From UHGV virus genome UHGV-2113617: 64,000 bases of DNA. One strand, written 5' to 3'. Within the stretch, counting starts at the first letter, position 1. The number at the start of each line of letters is the position of its first letter. The DNA is from a virus. Shown here piece after piece: positions 58,643-64,000 of this stretch. Under the pieces are notes generated by a model. That model saw only the letters and a program-made list of their open reading frames with translations. It was not told where the DNA came from and did no database searches. The translations under genes were made by a program, and so were the position numbers.

Positions 58643-60189
58643 GTAACAATACATATCAGCACGTATCAAATGAATCAAAATATGTTAAATTCGATCCTAC
58701 TGGATCGAATTTTCCTGGCACTGTTACGACAGTACAGTCTGCATTATCAAAAATAAGTAATATCGGCGTAAATGGTATTCCTGATGCAACTATGGAAGTT
58801 AAAGGAATAGCAATGATTGCGTCAGAGCAAGAGGTTTTAGATGGAACTAATAATTCTAAAATCGTTACACCAGCTACATTAGCAACAAGATTATTGTATC
58901 CAAATGCTACTGAAACTAAATATGGTTTAACGCGTTATTCAACAAATGAAGAAACATTAAAAGGCTCAGATAATAATTCATCAATAACACCACAAAAACT
59001 GAAATACCACACTGACGATGTGTTCAAAAATAGATATTCGTCTGAGTCATCAAACGGGGTTATTAAAATATCATCTACACCTGCAGCTTTGGCTGGAGTT
59101 GATGATACTACTGCGATGACTCCGCTAAAAACCCAAAAACTTGCAATAAAATTAATTTCGCAAATAGCTCCTTCAGAAGACACTGCAACAGAATCGGTGA
59201 GAGGAGTAGTTCAATTATCTACTGTTGCACAAATTCGTCAAGGAACTCTCCGCGAAGGATATGCAATTTCCCCGTATACCTTTATGAATTCTGTTGCAAC
59301 ACATGAATATAAGGGTGTTATACGCCTAGGAACGCAGACTGAAATTAATAATAATTTGGGTGGTGTTGCAGTAACAGGTGAAACACTAAATGGTCGAGGA
59401 GCTACCGGTTCTATGCGTGGAGTAGTTAAATTAACGACGCAAGCCGGTATTGCCCCTGAAGGTGATAGCTCTGGAGCATTAGCATGGAACGCAGATGTAA
59501 TTAATACTCGTGGTGGACAAACTATTAATGGTTCTTTAAATTTAGACCATCTTACAGCAAATGGAATTTGGTCACGCGGTGGAATGTGGAAAAATGGCGA
59601 TCAACCTGTTGCCACTGAAAGATATGCGTCCGAACGAGTTCCGGTTGGAACTATTATGATGTTTGCGGGTGATTCAGCACCTCCAGGTTGGATTATGTGT
59701 CATGGTGGAACCGTGTCAGGTGACCAATTTCCTGATTATAGAAACGTAGTTGGAACAAGATTTGGTGGCGATTGGAATAATCCTGGCGTTCCTGATATGC
59801 GGGGTCTTTTCGTCAGAGGAGCCGGCACAGGCGGTCATATTTTAAATCAACGTGGACAAGATGGCTATGGAAAGGATAGACTGGGCGTAGGATGTGACGG
59901 AATGCATGTTGGTGGTGTTCAGGCACAACAAATGTCATACCATAAACATGCTGGTGGTTGGGGTGAATATAACAGAAGTGAAGGCCCATTTGGCGCGTCA
60001 GTTTATCAAGGATATCTTGGAACTAGAAAATATTCCGACTGGGATAATGCTTCATACTTCACTAATGATGGATTTGAATTAGGTGGACCGAGAGATGCTC
60101 ATGGTACACTTAATCGTGAAGGATTAATTGGTTATGAAACTAGACCATGGAATATATCATTAAACTATATTATTAAAGTTCATTACTAA
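58639..60189 (+). CDS. 12: short tail fiber gp12
   Basis: 516 aa; Gly-rich C-terminal receptor-binding region; position after gene 11. Confidence 0.85.
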   Translation: MSNNTYQHVSNESKYVKFDPTGSNFPGTVTTVQSALSKISNIGVNGIPDATMEVKGIAMIASEQEVLDGTNNSKIVTPATLATRLLYPNATETKYGLTRYSTNEETLKGSDNNSSITPQKLKYHTDDVFKNRYSSESSNGVIKISSTPAALAGVDDTTAMTPLKTQKLAIKLISQIAPSEDTATESVRGVVQLSTVAQIRQGTLREGYAISPYTFMNSVATHEYKGVIRLGTQTEINNNLGGVAVTGETLNGRGATGSMRGVVKLTTQAGIAPEGDSSGALAWNADVINTRGGQTINGSLNLDHLTANGIWSRGGMWKNGDQPVATERYASERVPVGTIMMFAGDSAPPGWIMCHGGTVSGDQFPDYRNVVGTRFGGDWNNPGVPDMRGLFVRGAGTGGHILNQRGQDGYGKDRLGVGCDGMHVGGVQAQQMSYHKHAGGWGEYNRSEGPFGASVYQGYLGTRKYSDWDNASYFTNDGFELGGPRDAHGTLNREGLIGYETRPWNISLNYIIKVHY

Positions 60190-60198
60190 GGATTACAA

Positions 60199-61656
60199 AT
60201 GATTGAATTAAAAGAGTTACCTTTTGTTGATAGCGTTCCTGACGAAGGTCAGGAACGTATTTCATGGATTAAAAATGGTGAAGAAATATTAGGAGCTAGT
60301 ACTAAGTATGGAAATGATGGATCAATGAATAGACCAATTGTTTCCGTGTTTAAAAACGTCGAAGTTCTTGATGAAAATGTGGGAATTCTTAAAACTGCCA
60401 TTGAAACATCACAGAAAGATATTAAAACAATTCAAGGAGTTTTAGATGTATCAGGAGATATAGAAGCACTATCGCAGATCAGTGTTAATAAAAATGACAT
60501 ATCGAATTTAAAGACACTTACCAGTGAACACACTGATATATTAACTGGAACTAATAATACAGTTGACAAAATTATTGCTGATATAGGTCCATTTAATGAT
60601 GAAGAAAACTCTGTCTATAGAACAATTAGAAATGATTTATTGTGGATTAAACAGGAATTAGGACAATATTCTGGCCAAGACATTAACGGTCTTCCTGTTG
60701 TTGGTAATGCTAGCACAGGAATGAAACACAGAATAATAACAAATAGTACATTATTATCTTCACAAGGCATTCGTTTAAGTGAATTAGAAAATAAATTTAC
60801 TGAATCTGACGTAGGATCATTAACTGTTGAAGTTGGTAAATTACGTGATGAACTTGGTAATAAACCAGTAGATTTTGGGCCAAATATTTATAATAGATTA
60901 AACACCATAGATGATAAACAAACTTTAATAATTTCTGATATAGCAGAAATTAAATCTTCTATTGGATACCCAGAAAATGTTTCTATAATAACAGAAATTA
61001 ATAATAACAAAAGTAGCATTGAAGCTATTAATAATGAATTAAATCAGAGTGAAGGTGTTAAACAGCGCTTAACGGCTATTGAAACTTCTATAGGTTCAGA
61101 TGATATTCCTTCTAGTATTAAAGGAAAAATTAAAAATCACACAACTTCTATTGAGTCTTTAAACGGAATTGTTGGTGAAAACACTTCGTCTGGTTTAAGA
61201 GCGAATGTTTCGTGGTTAAATCAAATTGTTGGAACTGACTCCAGCGGAGGACAACCGTCTCCTTCTGGATCTCTATTAAATAAAGTTTCAGTGCTTGAAG
61301 GAGAAGTTTCAGTTTTAAACAATAATGTTCAAAATATACAAGTTGAAATAGGAAATAATAGAACAGGAATTAAAGGTCAAGTTATTGAACTTACTTCACT
61401 TATAAATGGAAATAATCCTGACGGATCAACTGTTGAAGAACGAGGATTAACTAATTCTATAAAAACGAATGAAACTAACATTGCGGCAGTCACACATGAA
61501 GTAAATACAGCTAAAGACAATATATCCTCTTTACAGAGCAGCGTTCAAGCTCTACAAGAAGCAGGTTATATTCCTGAAGCTCCAAAAGATGGCCAAGCTT
61601 ACGTTCGTAAAGACGGCGAATGGGTACTACTTTCTACCTTTTTATCACCAGCATAA
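60199..61656 (+). CDS. wac: fibritin (whisker antigen control)
   Basis: 485 aa, long coiled coil, C-terminal foldon [27 protein letters not shown]. Confidence 0.95.
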   Translation: MIELKELPFVDSVPDEGQERISWIKNGEEILGASTKYGNDGSMNRPIVSVFKNVEVLDENVGILKTAIETSQKDIKTIQGVLDVSGDIEALSQISVNKNDISNLKTLTSEHTDILTGTNNTVDKIIADIGPFNDEENSVYRTIRNDLLWIKQELGQYSGQDINGLPVVGNASTGMKHRIITNSTLLSSQGIRLSELENKFTESDVGSLTVEVGKLRDELGNKPVDFGPNIYNRLNTIDDKQTLIISDIAEIKSSIGYPENVSIITEINNNKSSIEAINNELNQSEGVKQRLTAIETSIGSDDIPSSIKGKIKNHTTSIESLNGIVGENTSSGLRANVSWLNQIVGTDSSGGQPSPSGSLLNKVSVLEGEVSVLNNNVQNIQVEIGNNRTGIKGQVIELTSLINGNNPDGSTVEERGLTNSIKTNETNIAAVTHEVNTAKDNISSLQSSVQALQEAGYIPEAPKDGQAYVRKDGEWVLLSTFLSPA

Positions 61657-61659
61657 CAT

Positions 61660-61675
61660 GGGGCCGCAAGGCCCC
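61660..61675 (+). promoter_or_regulatory. stem-loop after wac (GGGGCC-GCAA-GGCCCC)
   Basis: 6-bp GC stem with GCAA loop directly after the wac stop; no strong U-tract, so terminator function is uncertain. Confidence 0.45.
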
Positions 61676-61687
61676 AAAGGATTTTAA

Positions 61688-63389
<1,702 letters not shown>

Positions 63390-63430
63390 TAAATATTATA
63401 AACTAATTAAAGCCCAGATTAGGAGAAATC

Positions 63431-64000
63431 ATGTTTGGTTATTTTTATAATTCGTCTTTTAGACGATATGCTACCTTGATGGGCGATTTGTTTTCAAATA
63501 TCCAAATCAAACGTCAGTTAGAATCTGGTGATAAGTTTATACGTGTTCCTATTACGTATGCATCAAAGGAACACTTTATGATGAAATTGAATAAATGGAC
63601 ATCGATAAATTCACAAGAAGATGTGGCCAAGGTTGAAACTATTCTACCTCGTATAAATTTGCATTTAGTTGATTTTAGCTATAATGCTCCATTTAAAACA
63701 AACATTTTAAATCAGAATTTACTACAAAAAGGCGCAACTTCTGTAGTATCACAGTATAATCCATCTCCTATTAAAATGATTTATGAATTGAGTATCTTTA
63801 CTCGCTACGAAGATGATATGTTTCAAATAGTTGAACAGATTCTTCCATATTTTCAACCTCATTTTAATACAACTATGTACGAGCAGTTTGGAAATGATAT
63901 TCCATTTAAAAGGGATATCAAAATTGTATTAATGTCTGCTGCTATAGACGAAGCTATAGATGGGGATAATTTATCTCGTCGTAGAATTGAATGGTCATTA
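63431..64000 (+). CDS. 15: tail sheath stabiliser / tail completion gp15 (3' end outside window)
   Basis: ORF from ATG 63431 (AGGAGA SD) runs off the window end; N-terminus MFGYFYNSSFRRYATLMGDLF; position after gene 14. Confidence 0.8.
   Translation, partial: MFGYFYNSSFRRYATLMGDLFSNIQIKRQLESGDKFIRVPITYASKEHFMMKLNKWTSINSQEDVAKVETILPRINLHLVDFSYNAPFKTNILNQNLLQKGATSVVSQYNPSPIKMIYELSIFTRYEDDMFQIVEQILPYFQPHFNTTMYEQFGNDIPFKRDIKIVLMSAAIDEAIDGDNLSRRRIEWSL

Noticed and set aside
63391-63430. Late promoter for gene 15 (TATAAACT)
   Set aside because: Only 6/8 match to TATAAATA; too weak to call without comparison.

Overview
The window is a contiguous segment of a T-even (T4-like) phage genome, colinear with the T4 map from regA to gene 15. 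Positions 1-45991 are almost entirely minus-strand early/middle genes: regA, 62, 44, 45, rpbA, 46, 47, a-gt, 55, nrdH/G/D, 49, nrdC, a ~12 kb accessory block of small or unknown ORFs, rI, tk, regB, ipII, ipIII, e, nudE, a second accessory block, an 8-tRNA cluster split by segB, 57B/57A, 1, 3, 2 and 4. Positions 46039-64000 are plus-strand late baseplate, tail-fiber and neck genes (53, 5, 5.1, 5.4, 6-12, wac, 13, 14, 15 partial). Assignments rest on reading the translations (motifs, lengths, N-terminal sequences) and on synteny with T4 from memory; no database search was possible. The phage appears close to but not identical to reference T4: nrdD is uninterrupted (no intron/I-TevII) and the denV locus is reduced to a frameshifted remnant, as expected for a T2/T6-like relative. 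The candidates most worth follow-up are: a 157-aa late-promoter ORF with a capsid-targeting-like N-terminus, bracketed by two copies of a 32-bp stem-loop repeat; a TARG1/DarG-like macrodomain protein; a Pol-beta-fold nucleotidyltransferase coupled to a small membrane protein; and a tandem array of four paralogous ~300-340 aa proteins. No CRISPR array, integrase or transposon was seen. Minus-strand promoters form a recognisable family (GTTTAC-17 bp-TAnnAT, often with an inverted repeat around the -10).
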